Shown in pieces: positions 44,658 through 46,612 of a DNA stretch of 46,612 nucleotides. The DNA is from a virus (lineage: Duplodnaviria; Caudoviricetes). Below the pieces are notes generated by a model. It did not search any database. It was given only the letters and a program-made list of their open reading frames with translations, and was not told where the DNA came from. Location: IMG/VR virus record IMGVR_UViG_3300044711_000027, positions 1 through 46,612 of that record. One strand, given 5' to 3'. A program made the position numbers and the translations under genes. Each line of letters begins with the position of its first letter. Positions within the stretch are counted from its first letter, which is position 1.

Positions 44658-46612
44658 GCGGTTGCTGGCTGGCCACCGCGTTGAGCGCAGCGACCAGCTC
44701 GGTCATCGACATCACCGGCGGTGCGGCGCCGCCGCTCAAGGCGTTGATGGCGAGCGGCCCCTCCAGTGCGCCCGCCTGCAGACGGTTGATCGCTGGCTGC
44801 ACACCGAGACCCAGGACGCGACCGGCCGTGCCGAGACCAGGGATGCCGGTAGCAGCGCCGGCATGGCCGAGTGCCTCGCTGCCGGCGGCCAGCCGCACGG
44901 CGTTCTCGGCAACGCCGCCGGTCGATCGCGTCAGTCCGGTGCCGCTGGTCGGATAGTCGTAGGCCCGCGCCAGGGTGGCGGTGCGGTTGATAGCAGGCAG
45001 CTGCGGGCCGGCGATGACGTCGAGCGCCTCCGGGTGCATGCTCTCGATGCGGCTGGCGTATTGGCGCGGACCTGGTGCGCTGTTGTTTTGGTGGTTGATG
45101 GTGTCGTTGCCGAGCTTGCGCAGATAGTCGCCAAAGACGCGATCCATCGCCGGGTTGCCGGTGTTCTCCAGCATGCGCAGCCGCGCCGGGTTCTGCTCGC
45201 CGCCCTTCAGGTAGGAATAAGCGGCCGATGGCTCGGTGCCGGCGACTGCGGTGAGCTGCTCATGAGGCCCGCCCTCACCCATGATGCGCGCCGTGCGCCC
45301 CTGCACCGTGTCGAAGTACGCCGGAGGCACGCCCTGGCTGGCGCCGGCATCGCGCATCGCGCCGGTGGTGGCGTCGTAGATCTCGCCGGCATAGCGACCA
45401 GGCACCGCGTCGTAATTCTGGCTGCGCTCGCGCAGACCTGTGCGCCAGTCCTTGACCCGCTCGTATGGCACGCTGGTCGAGATGATGTTGCCATCGACAT
45501 CTCGCGGCAGCATCCGGCGCATCGCGTCCAGGCGCGTGTCGATCGGGGCGGCGGTCAGGGGATCGGTGCGCCCCCGGATGTTCTCCATCGCCGCCAGGAC
45601 GCCGGAGACATCGGTGTCGGCGCGTGGCCCGATGCGGGTCATCAGCTGCTGCTGCCCCCTGGAGCTGCGGCCGGCGAGATCCTCGGCGCCTGTCCGTGCC
45701 ACCTCGGCGACGTCATAGCCGATCGTGCCTGTCGATGGCGCTGCATCGGTCGAGCCGCGCGCCTCGGCCGCGCGATCGATCGCGTCTCCGATCTGCTCGC
45801 GCGCGGTGCGGCGCCGACCCTCGATGAAGTCGCGTGCGCCATAGGCGCCACTGAGCTGCCGCTCGCGGCCCTGGATGTCGGTGTTGCCGAGCATGCCGGC
45901 GGTCGGGGTGACGCCCTCGCGCCTGGCGGCGTCGGCGATCTCTGCCGCGTTGGGTTTGGCCTGGGCGGCATAGCTGCCGTGGCGATAGCGATCGATCACA
46001 CCAGGCACCGCCGCCGCGCCGGTGCCGCCAGCGAGCGAGCCAAACAGCGAGCCGGTCTCCGGGTCCAGGCCGAGCTTGTCGGCGGCATAGCCGCCAGCCT
46101 CGCCGCCATAGTGCGAGGCCACCGTTGGCGCCATGGTGGTAGCGGCGATCGAACCGGCGCCGCGCCCGACAGCACCCAGCAACGTCGGCGCCGCCCCGGC
46201 TGCGTTCGCCGCAGCACCTGCACCACCACCAAGCAGCGCACTGCCGGCGCCCTCCAGGATCTGCCTGGTGGCGCTCGGATCTTTCACATAGCCGCCGCCG
46301 CCGGCCTCGATCATCTGTGGCCCCAGGTAAGGAAACTGGCCGCGAGGCCCCGACCCTGACGGTGGAAAAACGCCACCACGGATGCCGGCATTGGCGAGCG
46401 CAATTGCCAGATCGGGGATGCCGGTGACCGCGCCGCTGAAGACGCGGTTCATGGTGGCGTCGAAACCGCCAGGGTTGGCGGCGTGCCTGGCGCGCAGCTC
46501 GGCGTCGGCATCAGGCAGCGCAGCGCCCATCTCCTGGGCGCGCAGCTCGCGATAGCGCGCGGCGTTCTGCACGAACTCCGGCGTGCCCTGCTTGGTGGTG
46601 TGGTTCTGTTGG
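44629..46612 (-). CDS. Large internal virion/DNA-transfer protein, 5' end truncated
   Basis: Frame open to the window end (QQNHTTKQGTPEFVQ...); G/A-rich membrane-like segments. Confidence 0.7.
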   Translation of the reverse strand, partial: QQNHTTKQGTPEFVQNAARYRELRAQEMGAALPDADAELRARHAANPGGFDATMNRVFSGAVTGIPDLAIALANAGIRGGVFPPSGSGPRGQFPYLGPQMIEAGGGGYVKDPSATRQILEGAGSALLGGGAGAAANAAGAAPTLLGAVGRGAGSIAATTMAPTVASHYGGEAGGYAADKLGLDPETGSLFGSLAGGTGAAAVPGVIDRYRHGSYAAQAKPNAAEIADAARREGVTPTAGMLGNTDIQGRERQLSGAYGARDFIEGRRRTAREQIGDAIDRAAEARGSTDAAPSTGTIGYDVAEVARTGAEDLAGRSSRGQQQLMTRIGPRADTDVSGVLAAMENIRGRTDPLTAAPIDTRLDAMRRMLPRDVDGNIISTSVPYERVKDWRTGLRERSQNYDAVPGRYAGEIYDATTGAMRDAGASQGVPPAYFDTVQGRTARIMGEGGPHEQLTAVAGTEPSAAYSYLKGGEQNPARLRMLENTGNPAMDRVFGDYLRKLGNDTINHQNNSAPGPRQYASRIESMHPEALDVIAGPQLPAINRTATLARAYDYPTSGTGLTRSTGGVAENAVRLAAGSEALGHAGAATGIPGLGTAGRVLGLGVQPAINRLQAGALEGPLAINALSGGAAPPVMSMTELVAALNAVASQQPRGGPGGVPR

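Larger units (their letters stand above)
1..46612. mobile_element. Near-complete temperate podovirus-like phage genome, circularly permuted, free (attP-intact) form
   Basis: terL, portal, scaffold, capsid, tail adaptor/nozzle, ejection proteins, primase/helicase, Exo/Erf, xis and int are all present; no tape measure or tail tube gene; no host housekeeping genes. Confidence 0.93.

Noticed and set aside
1-46612. Apparent abundance of CCWGG sites
   Set aside because: Cannot be counted reliably by eye and may simply reflect GC content and codon usage; needs a k-mer test

Overview
The whole window is phage DNA: a GC-rich, near-complete genome of a temperate short-tailed (podovirus-type) dsDNA phage. 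The host is probably an alphaproteobacterium, which is inferred and not shown directly. No host genes are visible and a candidate attP sits intact between xis and a P4-type tyrosine integrase, so this looks like the free or excised form. The contig is opened inside the ejection-protein module: genes run off both ends and the ends do not join in frame. Modules: (i) minus-strand morphogenesis genes from 24047 down to 1, continuing from 46612 down to 41396 (tail fibres, holin-like genes, an ~900-aa polyvalent protein, terL, portal, scaffold, capsid, tail adaptor and nozzle, two GNAT-fold proteins, ejection proteins including a 1020-aa peptidase-M15 plus lysozyme protein); (ii) a plus-strand accessory island at 24.2-26.8 kb; (iii) a minus-strand cro/VRR-NUC/primase/helicase/ori/terS-like operon; (iv) a plus-strand Exo-Erf recombination operon ending in xis-attP-int; (v) a cassette region at 39.2-41.4 kb driven by repeated promoter-operator units. 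Most interesting: two GNAT-fold genes directly followed by three putative virion genes that all start MGGKxG (a possible phage N-terminal acylation system), a CtrA-box-like palindrome before the late operons, the repeated promoter/operator regulon, and a glycosylase-like polyvalent protein with an antisense partner gene. All family assignments come from motifs recognised by eye; no searches were run.
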